62,202 bases of DNA, filler included, from Candidatus Fermentibacterota bacterium (GCA_016928395.1; 8 parts of 8 records of this genome joined end to end with filler, not necessarily neighbours in it), one strand, 5' to 3'. Shown: positions 49,873-61,881, counted from the whole stretch's first letter. Notes: generated from the sequence alone by a model not told the origin. A program made the numbers and translations.

Positions 49873-50751
49873 TCAGGCGCCGTCCCACCCCGCCAGGCGT
49901 GCCATCATCCACCAGAAAGCGCGGCCCTTGAGGATGCAGTTAAGGGGGTGTGAGTGGGCGCAGCACTCGTCGCACATGAGCGCCGCCTGGGCCACGAGGT
50001 CGCTGCCGGGATTGGCGGCACACCACTCGTCGGCCCAGTTGCGCGACCAGTCATCATAGTCGCACCCATCGGTGGCTCCGCGGCCGAGGTAATCGGTGCC
50101 GTCGGGGTCGAAACGCTCGATGTCGGCGAAGTCGAAAAGGATCTTGCCGCGTTCCCGGCAGAATGCTCGAATCTGCTCGTTGCGGCTGTGCAGGTTGCCG
50201 CCGGACCCTGAACCATCCAGGTGACCGGTCATGTATACGAAGCGTATGTGGGGATACTCCTGCTCGAGCCCATGCATGGCCTCCAGGTAGGCCTGAATCC
50301 CCTGGGAGGAGTTGTCGGACACGCCGCCGCACCATGACCACATCACGACGTTGCGATCACCGCGGCTGTCTGCCAGCACTTCCACGGTGGCATCCCGCCA
50401 CGAGAGATCGCCGTGATGCCCCAGATCGCCCTCTCCGAAGCACATGTCGTTCATGAACACCCCGGGCTCAAGGCCCCACCCGGAGTAGGAGAAATCGTAC
50501 GTCGAGCCTGTCATGTCCCGGAGGGCCTCGATGCCCGTAATGATCTGGCTTCCATGGGATGTGTGGCTATACCCGACGCGCAGATCCCGCGCGGCCTGCC
50601 GAATACGCTCCATGGGCACCGAGGAGAGATCCGTGCACAGGTGACCGATGATGAAGTCATCTGTCGGGCCATCATCGGGGCCGATGGCATCGTCGTCGCC
50701 GCAGCCTACCGAAAGTATGCCTACGCACAACAGAACCGGCAGAAAGCGCAT
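49873..50751 (-). CDS. Hypothetical lipoprotein
   Basis: GGAG RBS, lipobox VGC; HTSHGSQI, MWSWCG, YMTGH, LFDFADIE, CAHSHPLNC, ARLAGWDG motifs. Confidence 0.8.
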   Translation of the reverse strand: MRFLPVLLCVGILSVGCGDDDAIGPDDGPTDDFIIGHLCTDLSSVPMERIRQAARDLRVGYSHTSHGSQIITGIEALRDMTGSTYDFSYSGWGLEPGVFMNDMCFGEGDLGHHGDLSWRDATVEVLADSRGDRNVVMWSWCGGVSDNSSQGIQAYLEAMHGLEQEYPHIRFVYMTGHLDGSGSGGNLHSRNEQIRAFCRERGKILFDFADIERFDPDGTDYLGRGATDGCDYDDWSRNWADEWCAANPGSDLVAQAALMCDECCAHSHPLNCILKGRAFWWMMARLAGWDGA

Positions 50752-50776
50752 GGCTCAATCTCCTCCGGGTGGATAC

Positions 50777-51769
50777 CTACCATCGTTCATTGAATTCGTT
50801 GTGCAGCACGGAGCCGCTCTCGTCTGTCCTGACATGAAGCGCATAGAGCTCGACATCTTCCGAGAAGAGATAGCTCAAGTCCTGCCAGATCACGTGATTG
50901 TCACCACCTTCACGGCGATGGCTCCAGAACGGGAACAGTACGCTGTTCTTGAAGCCCCTCACTGAGAGGAGACTCTCGGTAGACTCCACCGGGCCCGGGG
51001 CCGGCCTATACTCAATCCGGCGCCGCCACAGGGAACGGCGTTGCGCCGCGTCGATCAGCGCTGCATGGATGCCCTTTGAGTCTTCCTGAAGAACTAGCCA
51101 CTGATTTCCACTGTGGGTAGCTGGGAATGCTTTGCGGCGCCAGGATTTGTCAGACACACCTGCCACGGCCAGGGCCGTGCGTCTCAGCTGGTTGGCGCGG
51201 AGGGATATCCCCAGCACGACGACTATGGCAAGACTTGCCCACACACTCCCCAGTTGTGGGACAGCCACAGATGCCACCGCTGCCGCCAAGAGGACCCAGA
51301 AGAACGGATTGAATCGCAGGCCGTTCGCTTGACATGCGATGCACGTGCTGTAGCGATGGTCTCGGCACGAGGGAGACGCAGTCACCGGGTTCAAGCCCAG
51401 GACCAAGGGAAACGAGAAGCGTCGCCTTGAGAAAGGGGCGAACAGGGCGATGCCGTTGTTGTGCATGAGAAGATCCAAGATGACATGGCTGGCCACGCCA
51501 CCCATGGCCAGTGGCAGAAACGGCAGCCAGCCCCTGCCCGTAACAGCCCCCGCCAGGGCCGCGATGAGAAGGCCGGCTGCCGCGCCTCCTGGAATCGTAT
51601 GGGCAAGCCCGTGGTGGTAATCGAGGAACGCTGTCCGAGGTATCTTACGGGTCACGAATTCGGCATCGGGGGCAATAGCGGCGGCAACGGCCGTGGCATA
51701 CCCGGCGGCGTCAGCCTCGAAGAGCCCTCCGACCACTACTCCCGCCAGAACGTGGGTGAAAGGATCCAC
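50777..51769 (-). CDS. Inner-membrane metal-dependent hydrolase (YdjM-like)
   Basis: DPFTH, APD, HHGLAHT, SHVILD motifs; GGAGG RBS with GTG start. Confidence 0.82.
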   Translation of the reverse strand: MDPFTHVLAGVVVGGLFEADAAGYATAVAAAIAPDAEFVTRKIPRTAFLDYHHGLAHTIPGGAAAGLLIAALAGAVTGRGWLPFLPLAMGGVASHVILDLLMHNNGIALFAPFSRRRFSFPLVLGLNPVTASPSCRDHRYSTCIACQANGLRFNPFFWVLLAAAVASVAVPQLGSVWASLAIVVVLGISLRANQLRRTALAVAGVSDKSWRRKAFPATHSGNQWLVLQEDSKGIHAALIDAAQRRSLWRRRIEYRPAPGPVESTESLLSVRGFKNSVLFPFWSHRREGGDNHVIWQDLSYLFSEDVELYALHVRTDESGSVLHNEFNERW

Positions 51770-51888
51770 AGAGCCTCCTTGACGTGGCACCCGGCCGTTG
51801 TTGCGATTCTCAAAGGCCCGCCAGTATGCGCGCCATACGCCGAAGATGCAATGGCACCGGTGCGGAGGAATCCACCCTGGCCGCCAGC

Positions 51889-52632
51889 TCACCGCTTCCA
51901 GGCGCGTTGGATCCAGGGAACCGCCTCATGGAGGTGGCGGGTGAACGCGCCGACGTCGTAGTGGCTTGCACCGTCGATGACCACAAGCTTGATGCGGGCG
52001 CCCTGCTCTTGAATCAACCCTACGACGTCGGCGGTTGGCTTGACGGGCATGACCTCGTCGTTACGGCTGTGAATGACGTACACCGGGATGCGCCAGGGAA
52101 CCGCTCCAGAGTCCTCCTGGGGGCGACCGGCCAGGATGAGCGCGGCGGTGAAGCGATCCTGATGGCGTGACGCGATGGTCCAGGCACCCGTTCCACCCAT
52201 GCTGTAGCCCGTGATGAGGGTTCGCCGGGGATCGATCGTCCAGAGGCTCTGCACGTAGTCACGCAAAGCTAGGACGCTGGTCTCGGCTTCCGGGCTGGTC
52301 CATCGCCCATGTCTGCAGTCGGGCGCGACGATGATCGCCCCGAGCGTGCGCAGTCCCGGTTCGATGAGCTCGGTCAAGAACGGTCTACTGAAGTAGGGTG
52401 TGACGGTGCCGCCGTAGTGCAGTGCCACCACCAGGGGGACAGGCTTCCCGGACGCGTAGCCCTTCGGGATTGAGATGGTGTAGCGTCCGCCGTTGTTCGG
52501 AAGCGTCTCTTCACGAATCACCGGCGGTTCCTCTCCTCGGGCGCGTCCGGAGACGGCAGTCAGAACCACCGTGAGGATCACTCCCGCGATGACCGCAGCG
52601 CCAGAAGAAGTCATCATGGAACCCATGACCAC
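51889..52632 (-). CDS. Exported alpha/beta hydrolase (esterase/peptidase)
   Basis: PLVVALH, IDPRR..ITGYSMGG, HS..D.V.P, H. Confidence 0.85.
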   Translation of the reverse strand: MVMGSMMTSSGAAVIAGVILTVVLTAVSGRARGEEPPVIREETLPNNGGRYTISIPKGYASGKPVPLVVALHYGGTVTPYFSRPFLTELIEPGLRTLGAIIVAPDCRHGRWTSPEAETSVLALRDYVQSLWTIDPRRTLITGYSMGGTGAWTIASRHQDRFTAALILAGRPQEDSGAVPWRIPVYVIHSRNDEVMPVKPTADVVGLIQEQGARIKLVVIDGASHYDVGAFTRHLHEAVPWIQRAWKR

Positions 52633-52930
52633 AGGGAAGAGACCGGATGCGTGATGGTCGTTCTCATGCAGACATCATGGGAGACCTTCTCAGCCATGTC
52701 AACGCGTCGTCGCGCATTGATGGGCGAAGATCACTTCGATCATCAAGGGTCATACGAGTGACGAACGTTACACCACCTCGCCATTCTCCGAGGCCCCCGG
52801 AATGTGGCGTACGAGCCTCCCGCACGCCGAAGACCGAAGGCAGCCGTGACGCTGCAGCTCATCCTTGATCTCTGCACCCGGGGAGCGTAGTCTATTGGGA
52901 AAGCCGTGAATCATCCACAGGAGGCTGCCC

Positions 52931-55900
52931 ATGGTTCGCAACGGAGCGATAGGTCTGAGCCGTCACGATATTGATGCGATCCGTCAGGAAGCCATGCAGT
53001 TTGCCGGCATCGGGCTGCTCACCGTCGGTGTCGACGGAACCATCATGTACGCCGACAGAGGTATGTTACGGATCTTCGGCCTTGAGGATCGTTTTCCCGA
53101 TGTTGTCTCGGCATATGGCTTGGTGGCGGCTGACATCTTTGGGTGCACCGACATTCTGACGACGCTCACCGAGGCCGCGAAAGCGCGGGGCCGGGTGCAC
53201 GCCGTTGAGTGCCAGATCCAGTCACCCAAGGGCGCTCCCAGATGGGTGCTATGCGATGCGTACGGTCTCCCCGCCTCCGGGCAACCCTTCGAGGCCGTAC
53301 AGATCATGATGCGGGATATCTCGGGGCATAAGCGCGCGCAGCAGCATATCGCACGACTGCACGAGTGCCTCCGGGCGTTCGGTCCCGACCCTGAGGCCAA
53401 TATCAACAAGCTGACCGCGTTGGCGGGTGATCTTCTCGGCGCATCGTGCGCCATGTACAACCGGCTGTCCAAGGGAATACTCGACGCCGTCGGGCAGTGG
53501 CGCACCCCCCAGGACTATGCCCGTGTCAGCCCTCCTGAGGGCCGGCTCTGCTACGATGTAATCAAACGGGGAGGCGGGGAGCCCGTGGTGGTCCGTGACC
53601 TGCCGTCGACACCGTACGCACTTTCTGATCCCAGTGTCGCACGGTACGGTTTCAAGACCTACGTGGGCGTGGCGGTCCACACAGGCGACCGCGTGGCAGG
53701 TTCGCTGTGCACCGTGTCTCGGCTAGACTGGGAGCCTTCCGACGACGATCTGGCGTTGCTGAACGTCGCCGCCTCGGCCATCGGAATTGAGGAGGCCCGG
53801 GCCGCCACCCAGCAGGGTAGGCCTGAACGGGAGGAAACGTATCGTTCGCTGATGGAGCAGAGCCTGGAGAACATCTACTTTCTTGACATCGAGTCAGGCC
53901 GCGTACTGGAGTCAAACCGGGCTCTGCAGACGCTGCTAGGCTATTCTGAAGAAGAACTCAATGGACTGCGGGCGCAGGATTTCGTAGCCCACGATCCATC
54001 CGACATCATGGCGAAGATCGAGCGAGTGCGAAACGAAGGACAGGTGTTCGTCGGCGAGCGGCACTACCGGCGCAAAGATGGAAGCCTCGTCGATGTGGAG
54101 GTAACCGCCAGTCTTGTGCGCCACGGAGGCCGGGAGGCTCTGGCCGTGGTATCACGCGATGTCACCGAACGTAACAGCGCTGTTCGCGCCTTGCGAGAGA
54201 GCGAGACCAAGTACCGCACCGTGGTCGAGCAATCGCTGCAAGGCATCGTCGTCGCATCGGACTCGCCGCTGCGTTTTGTGTTCGTCAACGAGGCAATGGG
54301 CCGCATTCTCGGGTACACGGTCGAGGAACTCATGGGTCTTTCGCCTGAGGGTATCAGAGCTTTGGTCTATCCCGAGGATCGAGAGCTGTTCTTCCGGCGT
54401 TTTGCGGACCGCTTAACGGGCACCGCGGTGACACCACGATACGAGTTCCGTGGCCTTCGAAGGAGCGGCGCTGTCTGTTGGCTGGAGATTAGTTCGTCCC
54501 TCGTCAAGTACGGAGACTCCCCTGCGATACAGGCAATGTTTATCGATATCACGGCCCGCAAGGAAGCCGAGGAGTCCGTCAGGCGGTCGGAGGCGCGATA
54601 CCGCATGACTCTGGAGTCCATGGGCGACGCTATTCATGTCGTTGATCGCGACTTCCGGATCGTCTTGTTCAACAGAGCTTTCCGGGACTGGAATGAGAGA
54701 TTGGGTCTTCCCAGTGAGGTCTTGGGCCTGCAGCTGTTTGACGTGTTTCCATTTCTTCCGTCCTCTGTAGCAGAGGAATACGAGAGGGTTTTCTCCTCGG
54801 CGCACACCTTGGTGACTGAGGAGTCCAGCGATGTTGCCGGCCGACCCATAGTGACTGAGACTACGAAGATCCCGATGATGGAGGGGGACACCGTGGTTTC
54901 GGTCGTCACTGTTGTCCGCGATGTCACCGAGCGCACCCGCGCCCACGCAGAGCTGCGGCAGAGCGAGGAACGGTTTCGAGAAATGGCCGAACTCCTCCCC
55001 GAGATTGTGGCGGAGACGGATCTCGATGGCAGGCTTACCTTCGTGAACCGTAGAGGGTACGAGGCGACCGGGTATACCCAGGAGGATCTCACCAGGGGAA
55101 TCCGAATCATCGATCTGATCAGCCCCGACCAGCGGGCCGCTGCAGCCGAGCTAATCGAACGGATACTCAGAGGAGAACCATCGGAGGAGCACCAGTACAC
55201 CTTGGTACGAAAAGACGGGACGACATTCCCCGTCATTGTGAAGTCCGCGGTCATCCAGAGAGACGGACACGCCGCTGGCCTGCGGTCGGTGGTCATGGAT
55301 ATCACGGAGCGGGTTCGACTGGAGGAACAGCGCCGCCAGGGTGCAAAGATGGAAGCCATCGGGCAGCTTGCCGGAGGCATCGCCCACGATTTCAACAATC
55401 TGCTGACCGGAATCTTGGGCTATGCCGGCATGCTCTCCAAGGAACTCTCCGAAGGCAAGATGCAGCAGGCCGCGCGCACGATCGAGGTGACGGCCGAACG
55501 CGCATCGGAATTGACCACACAGCTTCTCGGCTTCGCGCGGTGCGGAAAACTGCAGGTGGTGCCGGTGGATCTGCACAAGAGCATCCACGAGGTAGTTGCA
55601 CTGCTGTCGCGCACCATTGACCCGGCAATCCGGCTCTCAGCGAACCTCAAGGCCGCTCATGCGGTGGTCATGGGGGATCCTGCTCAGATGCAACAGGTGT
55701 TGCTTAACCTGGGTCTCAATGCCCGGGATGCCATGCCCAGCGGGGGGGAATTGGTCTTCCAGACCGACACAGCTGACTTGGACGAGGCATATTGCCGAGT
55801 CCATGTGGATGCCCAACCGGGCCGTTGGCTTCTTCTCTCCATCACCGACACCGGCCACGGGATCCCCAAGAACATTCAGGGGAGGATCTTCGAGCCCTTC

Positions 55901-56482
55901 TTCACGACGAAGGAGCCGGGAAGCGGCACAGGCATGGGGCTGGCAACGGTCTACGGCATAGTGCGCAACCATGGCGGGCGGATCGAGGTGTACAGCGAGC
56001 GTGACAAGGGCGCCACATTCAAAGTGTACCTGCCTTTGGCCGAGCCAGGCTCAAAGGCGCAGCAGCTTCCGGTCACCGATCCGCCCCGAGGTCAGGGGCG
56101 AATTCTCGTGGTAGATGACGAAGACGTGGTGTTGGCGGTGGCGGAGGATATCCTCAAGGAATTGGGGTATGAGGTGACCGCGGTTTCCGGGGGAACGGCC
56201 GCAGCAGAGTCCTACCGCAGGGAACACGTCTCGGTAGACCTGGTCCTCCTCGACCTGGTCATGCCCGGCATGGATGGCAGGGAATGCTTCGCCGAGATGA
56301 AGAAGGTGAATCCCGATGTGCGGGTGCTCCTTTCCACGGGATTCGGCATGAATGGGCGTGTCCAGGAGGCTTTGGAGGACGGCATGATTGGGTTCGTGCA
56401 GAAGCCCTATCGTCTGGCCGAGCTGGGTCGCGCGGTTCGAAACGCCCTGGGGGTGCGGCCATCGGATGCAGCGGATGCGTGA
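52931..56482 (+). CDS. Cytoplasmic multi-PAS/GAF hybrid sensor histidine kinase with receiver domain
   Basis: Several PAS-PAC units, a [16 protein letters not shown]-box, NARDAM, DTGHG, FFTTK, GTGMGL, receiver VVDDE/DLVMP/KP. Confidence 0.95.
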   Translation: MVRNGAIGLSRHDIDAIRQEAMQFAGIGLLTVGVDGTIMYADRGMLRIFGLEDRFPDVVSAYGLVAADIFGCTDILTTLTEAAKARGRVHAVECQIQSPKGAPRWVLCDAYGLPASGQPFEAVQIMMRDISGHKRAQQHIARLHECLRAFGPDPEANINKLTALAGDLLGASCAMYNRLSKGILDAVGQWRTPQDYARVSPPEGRLCYDVIKRGGGEPVVVRDLPSTPYALSDPSVARYGFKTYVGVAVHTGDRVAGSLCTVSRLDWEPSDDDLALLNVAASAIGIEEARAATQQGRPEREETYRSLMEQSLENIYFLDIESGRVLESNRALQTLLGYSEEELNGLRAQDFVAHDPSDIMAKIERVRNEGQVFVGERHYRRKDGSLVDVEVTASLVRHGGREALAVVSRDVTERNSAVRALRESETKYRTVVEQSLQGIVVASDSPLRFVFVNEAMGRILGYTVEELMGLSPEGIRALVYPEDRELFFRRFADRLTGTAVTPRYEFRGLRRSGAVCWLEISSSLVKYGDSPAIQAMFIDITARKEAEESVRRSEARYRMTLESMGDAIHVVDRDFRIVLFNRAFRDWNERLGLPSEVLGLQLFDVFPFLPSSVAEEYERVFSSAHTLVTEESSDVAGRPIVTETTKIPMMEGDTVVSVVTVVRDVTERTRAHAELRQSEERFREMAELLPEIVAETDLDGRLTFVNRRGYEATGYTQEDLTRGIRIIDLISPDQRAAAAELIERILRGEPSEEHQYTLVRKDGTTFPVIVKSAVIQRDGHAAGLRSVVMDITERVRLEEQRRQGAKMEAIGQLAGGIAHDFNNLLTGILGYAGMLSKELSEGKMQQAARTIEVTAERASELTTQLLGFARCGKLQVVPVDLHKSIHEVVALLSRTIDPAIRLSANLKAAHAVVMGDPAQMQQVLLNLGLNARDAMPSGGELVFQTDTADLDEAYCRVHVDAQPGRWLLLSITDTGHGIPKNIQGRIFEPFFTTKEPGSGTGMGLATVYGIVRNHGGRIEVYSERDKGATFKVYLPLAEPGSKAQQLPVTDPPRGQGRILVVDDEDVVLAVAEDILKELGYEVTAVSGGTAAAESYRREHVSVDLVLLDLVMPGMDGRECFAEMKKVNPDVRVLLSTGFGMNGRVQEALEDGMIGFVQKPYRLAELGRAVRNALGVRPSDAADA

Positions 56483-57620
56483 ACGGATTCTTGTAGCTGC
56501 CTTCCTTCTTGCGTGTGTGGCGGGTTTCCCCGTATTCGCGCAAGGCCCTCCCTACCCCATGGGGCATCGCACCATCACTTTCCACGACTCGGCGCGCAAC
56601 GATCGCGCCATCTTGACCGAGATCTACTACCCTGGGGTTTCCGCGGGCGACAATGTGCCGACGGCGGAGCCTACGGGCGAAGGGTTCCCGGTGGTTACGT
56701 TCGGCCATGGGTACCTCATGACTTGGAGTGCCTACGAGAACATCTGGAGTGCTCTCGTTCCGGAGGGATACGTGGTCGCCTTGCCGCGTACCGAGGGGGG
56801 CTTGTCTCCCGGCCACCTTGACTTCGGGCTCGATCTGGCATTCCTGGTAAGCCGGTTGCGCATCGAGAATGCCGAGCCCTCGTCACCCTTCCATGGAGTG
56901 TTGGCGGAGGCTGCGGCCATCATGGGGCATTCCATGGGCGGCGGCGCCGCGGTGTTGGGCGCCGGTTCAGATAGCACCATCACTGCCTTGGCGAACCTGG
57001 CTGCGGCCGAGACAAGCCCCTCGGCCATTGCGGCTGCGATGACCGTCTTCTGTCCCTCGCTGGTGGTCTCGGGCTCCTACGACGGCGTTGCCCCGCCCGG
57101 TCAGCATCAGATTCCAATCTATGCCGCTCTCTCCTCGCCCTGCAAGACATACCTCTCCATCCTCGGGGGTAGCCATTGCCAGTTCGCCGAGTCGAACTTC
57201 TACTGCGAACTTGGTGAGATCGGTGCGCCGACTCCGTCGATCGATCGCCCGACCCAGCACGCCTTGGTCTCATCGTTCCTCGTTCCGTGGCTTGACTTTC
57301 ATCTGAAGGGAGACCACACGGCCTGGCATGGGTTCGAGGCGTTGCTCTTTTCCTCCGAAGCCGTTTCTCTCCAGCATGAGTGCGACATAGTGCCTCCCGC
57401 GCCTCCGGAGATCGTCTCCATATCCCGTGAGACTTTGACAGTCACTCTGACCTGGCGGCAGTCTCCCTTCGCCACGGGTTACCACGTGTACGGGTCTACC
57501 GACGCGTTTCACAATTCGCCGGGGAACCTAGATGGCGTCACTGCGGACACCTCGTGGTCGGCCATCGAGGAAAGCGTGCAGCGTTTCTACCGGATCACCG
57601 CGGTAAAGGGTACATCCTGA
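56475..57620 (+). CDS. Secreted chlorophyllase-like alpha/beta hydrolase with short FN3-like C-terminal domain
   Basis: Signal peptide, FGHG, GHSMGG, D and GGSHCQF; C-terminus LTW...YHVYGS...FYRITAV. Confidence 0.85.
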   Translation: MRERILVAAFLLACVAGFPVFAQGPPYPMGHRTITFHDSARNDRAILTEIYYPGVSAGDNVPTAEPTGEGFPVVTFGHGYLMTWSAYENIWSALVPEGYVVALPRTEGGLSPGHLDFGLDLAFLVSRLRIENAEPSSPFHGVLAEAAAIMGHSMGGGAAVLGAGSDSTITALANLAAAETSPSAIAAAMTVFCPSLVVSGSYDGVAPPGQHQIPIYAALSSPCKTYLSILGGSHCQFAESNFYCELGEIGAPTPSIDRPTQHALVSSFLVPWLDFHLKGDHTAWHGFEALLFSSEAVSLQHECDIVPPAPPEIVSISRETLTVTLTWRQSPFATGYHVYGSTDAFHNSPGNLDGVTADTSWSAIEESVQRFYRITAVKGTS

Positions 57621-57870
57621 CAGAAATCGATGGGCTCGTTTCGTCCGGCGTGCACTATTCGCGGTTGCTGGTTCACCACTATCCGATCTATTTATCCTCC
57701 GGACGGGATGACCGGATTGCCGGGTGCTCAGCGTTGGTCCATCCATCCTTCTGTCAAAGCGGTGCCTAGNNNNNNNNNNNNNNNNNNNNNNNNNNNNNNN
57801 NNNNNNNNNNNNNTTAATTAATTAANNNNNNNNNNNNNNNNNNNNNNNNNNNNNNNNNNNNNNNNNNNNA

Positions 57871-57950
57871 CGGGCGGAGTCAGAGCTCCGCCCCTACAAG
57901 GCAACGGTTCCTCGCAGGCCTCCGTAGGGGAGGGCGTCTCTGCCCTCCCG
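57871..57950. repeat. GTAG-type REP cluster at contig start
   Basis: GGGCGGAGTCAGAGCTCCGCCCCTAC and GTAGGGGAGGGCGTCTCTGCCCTCCCG. Confidence 0.75.
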
Positions 57951-57964
57951 CACGCCACTGGGCA

Positions 57965-58118
57965 CCTCTGGATGCTGGTCGGGCCCGACAGCGATAGCTG
58001 ACAGCCGATAGCCAACAGCCGATAGCTGACAGCCGGCCGTACTCTCCACCTCAAGAGACCTGGTGCTCTCGCATCCAGAGGCCCCACTGACAACTGACGA
58101 CTGAGAACTGACAGCTCC
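57965..58118. repeat. Heptamer arrays, the first enclosed by an 11-bp inverted repeat
   Basis: CCTCTGGATGC (57965) and GCATCCAGAGG (58071-58081) flank (CTGACAG/CCGATAG/CCAACAG)n; ACTGACA/ACTGACG/ACTGAGA array follows. Confidence 0.7.
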
Positions 58119-58222
58119 ACGCCAAGTCAGATCAGGCGAAGGTCATCGCACTTGACGATGCCCGTGGGCATACCATAGCATCGGTCTTCCTACCAGCGTT
58201 TTCCTTGGACAGGAGCAGACTC

Positions 58223-59497
58223 ATGGATACACGTTTCGTCTCACTACTGGTCTTCTGCGTTCTGGTAACATGGTGCAAAGCTGATGTGCCCGCCGAGATG
58301 CTCAGCTTCGGCGGCGAATGCCGCCTGCGCGGCGAGGCCTTGGACAATGCCTTGGACCTGACGGATCATGGCGATACGACTTCGGAGGGGATCTCCCGGA
58401 ACGACGCCTATGAGTACCTCCGCTTCCGTACACGAATGTGGTTCAAAGCCTCACCCCAGCCGGGGCTCGCCATGTTCTTCAGGTTGGGCAATGAGTACCG
58501 CTTCGGTCGCGGCGCGAACACCTCAGGAATGAAAGATCCCGAGAGCAAGGTCTCGCTGGACAATGCATGGGCGCGGATATCCCGGAGAAGCGTGGCTTTG
58601 ACCTTTGGTCGTATGGATCTGCTGTACGGCGAGGGGTTCCTCATCTTTGACGGCACTCCGGCTGACGGATCGTCATCGGCCTGGTTTGATGCCGTCAAGC
58701 TCTCTCTCGCCCGGCCCATAGGCGCGGTGGACTTCATTTTCGCCAAGATCGACGAGGAGGGCTTCGGAGGGCCAAGCCGCGACGAGGACCTTGTGGGGGT
58801 GTATGGAGTACGGGGCAAGGCGGAGACCTACCTCCTCCACCGCACCAAGCGCAGCAGCACCGGCAGCCTTTCGGGCACGGTGCGTTCCCAGGGAACGACC
58901 ACAGCCGCGGGCGCCCGCATTGCTCGTCAGCCCAGCCACGGGGTGTCCTATGCCGCCGAAGGCGCCTACCAGTGGGGCGATGTGGGCTCCGAGAGTCGCC
59001 GGGGCTATGGAGGCTATGGGCGAATCGGGTGGCGAGGCGCGGGCAGGGCGGGTCTTGGAGTCGAATGCGGGGGTCTGTATCTCTCCGGTGATGACCCTTC
59101 CACCGACCGCCATGAAGGGTGGGACGGTTTCTATGGAGAGTGGCCCAAGTACTCTGAGCTATTGGTATACACGCTTTACGACAATACGACCCGCGTCACG
59201 CCCAATGAACCCGGCACGTGGACGAACATGGCGGCATTCTGGCTGGAGGCCGGCGTCGCTGTCCCAGGCGGGGGGAGGTTGGTCGCGCGGATCACGCCGC
59301 TGCGCGCCGCTGAGAAGGGTACGGGGCCTGGTTCTGGCACATACCGGGGGTTGCTGGTCGCCGCCCGGGCGGATGCCCGTCTCGCCGAGGGCTTGCAGGC
59401 GCAAGTCCTGGGAGAAGTATTCACGCCGGGCGACTTCTACGCTGATGATGCGGATGTCGCGCTGTATGGAAGGTGGCAGCTTACTGCATCGTTTTGA
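58223..59497 (+). CDS. Outer-membrane beta-barrel, alginate-export-family-like
   Basis: Signal peptide, GE.R.R.E, R.RTR, GRMDLLYGEG, FDA, YLSGDD, C-terminal Phe. Confidence 0.78.
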   Translation: MDTRFVSLLVFCVLVTWCKADVPAEMLSFGGECRLRGEALDNALDLTDHGDTTSEGISRNDAYEYLRFRTRMWFKASPQPGLAMFFRLGNEYRFGRGANTSGMKDPESKVSLDNAWARISRRSVALTFGRMDLLYGEGFLIFDGTPADGSSSAWFDAVKLSLARPIGAVDFIFAKIDEEGFGGPSRDEDLVGVYGVRGKAETYLLHRTKRSSTGSLSGTVRSQGTTTAAGARIARQPSHGVSYAAEGAYQWGDVGSESRRGYGGYGRIGWRGAGRAGLGVECGGLYLSGDDPSTDRHEGWDGFYGEWPKYSELLVYTLYDNTTRVTPNEPGTWTNMAAFWLEAGVAVPGGGRLVARITPLRAAEKGTGPGSGTYRGLLVAARADARLAEGLQAQVLGEVFTPGDFYADDADVALYGRWQLTASF

Positions 59498-59576
59498 TCG
59501 GCCTGGCCGTGGGTACCGGTCTTTGCCCCCGGCCCCCTTCTTCGGGATGCATGATCCATAGGGAGGATCTATTGCC

Positions 59577-61028
59577 ATGGTTGCATCGTATATTGCCGTG
59601 GTCTTCTACACGTTTCTGGTGATCGCCATCGGCATCTCAGGCGCACGGCGCACCAAGTCATTCTCGGACTTTCTCATCGGCGGCGGCAGCATTGGCCCTT
59701 GGATGACAGCGTTTTCGTATGGGACCGCGTATTTCTCCGCGGTGATGTTCATCGGTTTTGCCGGCAAGGTCGGCTGGGGATTCGGCATGTCGGGGCTGTG
59801 GATCGCGTTAGGCAACTCCCTGGTGGGCGTGACGCTGGTCTGGCTGTTGCTGGCCAAGCGGGTCAGGTCGGTTTCCGCCGAGCTGAAGATCCACACCATG
59901 CCGGAGTATCTGGAAGCTCGGTACAACAGCCCATTCCTGAAGGTCTACTCATCGGTGGCGACCTTCGTGTTCCTCGTTCCCTACAGCGCCGCGGTGTTTA
60001 TCGGGCTCACCTATCTCCTGAAGATCACCTTTGCCATCCCCTACGAGTACATGCTCGTGTTCATGGGCGTGCTCACCGGCATCTATCTCATCCTCGGCGG
60101 CTACAAGTCAATGGCATCGGTGGATATCTACTTCGGGATCATGATGATACTCGGCGTCGCGGTTCTGGTGGCAAGCAGCGTGGCCAAGGCGGGCTCGCTG
60201 GAGATCATCTTCAGCCGTCTCCGCGAGATCGACCCCCGCCTGGTCGCCCCGGTGGGGCCGCCGGGATTCTGGCCATTGTTCTCCTTGGTCGTCTTGACCA
60301 GCGTCGGGCCGTTTGCCATGCCCCAACTGATCCAGAAGTTCTACGGCGTCAAAGACGAGCGATCCATCCGCATCGGCACCGTTGTGTCCACAGGCTTTGC
60401 CCTTCTGGCCACGGTCGGCGCCTACTTCACCGGCGCTCTGACTCGCGTGTTCCTCACGCCCCAGGCCAATCCCGGGGCGTGGAAGGCGGCCGCCGACGGC
60501 ACCCGCCGACTCATCCCCGAAGCCCTCATGCCGGAGCTGCTGCGCACGGTAATCCCAGGCGCCCTTTCCGGCGTCATCCTGCTGCTGGTGTTGGCGGCCT
60601 CGATGTCAACCCTGGCAGCGATGGTGCTCGTCTCGGGTTCCACCATCGCCAAGGACCTCTACCACGGCTTCATCAAGCGAGACGCCAGCGATGCGGCCTT
60701 GACCAGAGCAATCCGCATCGCCAGTGCGGCCTTCATTCTGATCTCCATGGGGGTGGCCTATCTCAGGCCCGCCATCGTGGTGACCATCATCTCCATTTCC
60801 TGGGGGGCCATCGCCGCGGTGATGCTAGGTCCGTTTCTCTGGGGGTTGTTCTCGAAACGGGTAAACGCCTTCGGTGCGAGTGCGTCGGCGGTGGTGTCCT
60901 TGGTCATTTGCCTGGCATTGTTCATCGCCTGGGGGGCGCCGAAGGCGCCTCAAGCCGCGTCGCTGAGCATGCTGTCATCGCTGGTGCTCCCCCCCATTCT
61001 CAGCCTTGGAGGACGACGGCGGCAGTAG
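59577..61028 (+). CDS. Sodium:solute symporter family protein
   Basis: SDFLIGG, FSYGTAYFSAVMFIGFAG, TMPEYLEARY, MPQ, LAASMST; about 13 TM helices. Confidence 0.93.
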   Translation: MVASYIAVVFYTFLVIAIGISGARRTKSFSDFLIGGGSIGPWMTAFSYGTAYFSAVMFIGFAGKVGWGFGMSGLWIALGNSLVGVTLVWLLLAKRVRSVSAELKIHTMPEYLEARYNSPFLKVYSSVATFVFLVPYSAAVFIGLTYLLKITFAIPYEYMLVFMGVLTGIYLILGGYKSMASVDIYFGIMMILGVAVLVASSVAKAGSLEIIFSRLREIDPRLVAPVGPPGFWPLFSLVVLTSVGPFAMPQLIQKFYGVKDERSIRIGTVVSTGFALLATVGAYFTGALTRVFLTPQANPGAWKAAADGTRRLIPEALMPELLRTVIPGALSGVILLLVLAASMSTLAAMVLVSGSTIAKDLYHGFIKRDASDAALTRAIRIASAAFILISMGVAYLRPAIVVTIISISWGAIAAVMLGPFLWGLFSKRVNAFGASASAVVSLVICLALFIAWGAPKAPQAASLSMLSSLVLPPILSLGGRRRQ

Positions 61029-61337
61029 TCAGGCCGCAGGGTTCAAGGATCTGCGTTCAAGTCGGACCAGCGGCGCCTCGCAGTTTTCGGCGCGCCCTGC
61101 ACAGGCATCAATCCTCCCCCTCGGATCAGCCATGATCCTTTTCTCTTGGCCCGGAGAAGGCGGGACCAGAGCGCGTTCGCTTCGAGGTTCGTGCCTCGGG
61201 TTTCCCGCGAAGCATATTACGCCGCTTTTCCTCATCGGGAGATGATCCTCGCGATGATACCGCACGGAGAACAAACCCGCGAACCCGTGCCGAAAGCCAT
61301 CTTGCGTCGCTCCACTCCAGGCGGGAAGCCGCCGGAT

Positions 61338-61380
61338 GAGTCATATAGGATAAATCCTATATATGACACGTCCTATATGG
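61338..61380. promoter_or_regulatory. AT-rich conserved motif (copy 2)
   Basis: ATATAGGAT-AA-ATCCTATAT palindrome followed by ATGACACGTCCTATATGG; 26 nt identical to 9366-9391 (reverse). Confidence 0.5.
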
Positions 61381-61881
61381 TTGAACGCCCAACGGATATC
61401 CCCAGCGAACATCGTATGGCCAGGCCCCAGTCTTTACGGTGCTGAGCCAGCGCCGCTTCTTCGTCTCATCCCGTTTTGCGAGAGACCTTCACCATGGCGT
61501 AGTGATGAATACGATTGGATCTGGCCCATACCGCCATGGTTTGCAGGTGCATACCCGCCCGTCGGGCTCGTCGTCGCGGGGCTGGGCATGGAATAGGTGC
61601 ATTCCGGCGAAAGAGAATACGCGGTACGGGCTGAACGAGCGGCAACGAAGGCGGCTGGGTTTTCGTGGGCGCTCTCTGGCCGCGAACGCGGGGAACATGT
61701 TCCCATGAACCGCACCACAGTCAATCACCGTAAGGCGCCCGCCGCCGCGGAGGTTTACACGGACGGCTGGATCCCCGAGTGGCCACGTCGGCCTCAGACG
61801 ACTGCTCGACTGCGTGTTGCGCGCTCGACTCCACTCAGCTCCGAGACCCCAATAGCCTGTTTGTCTCCTACACGATTCCAG

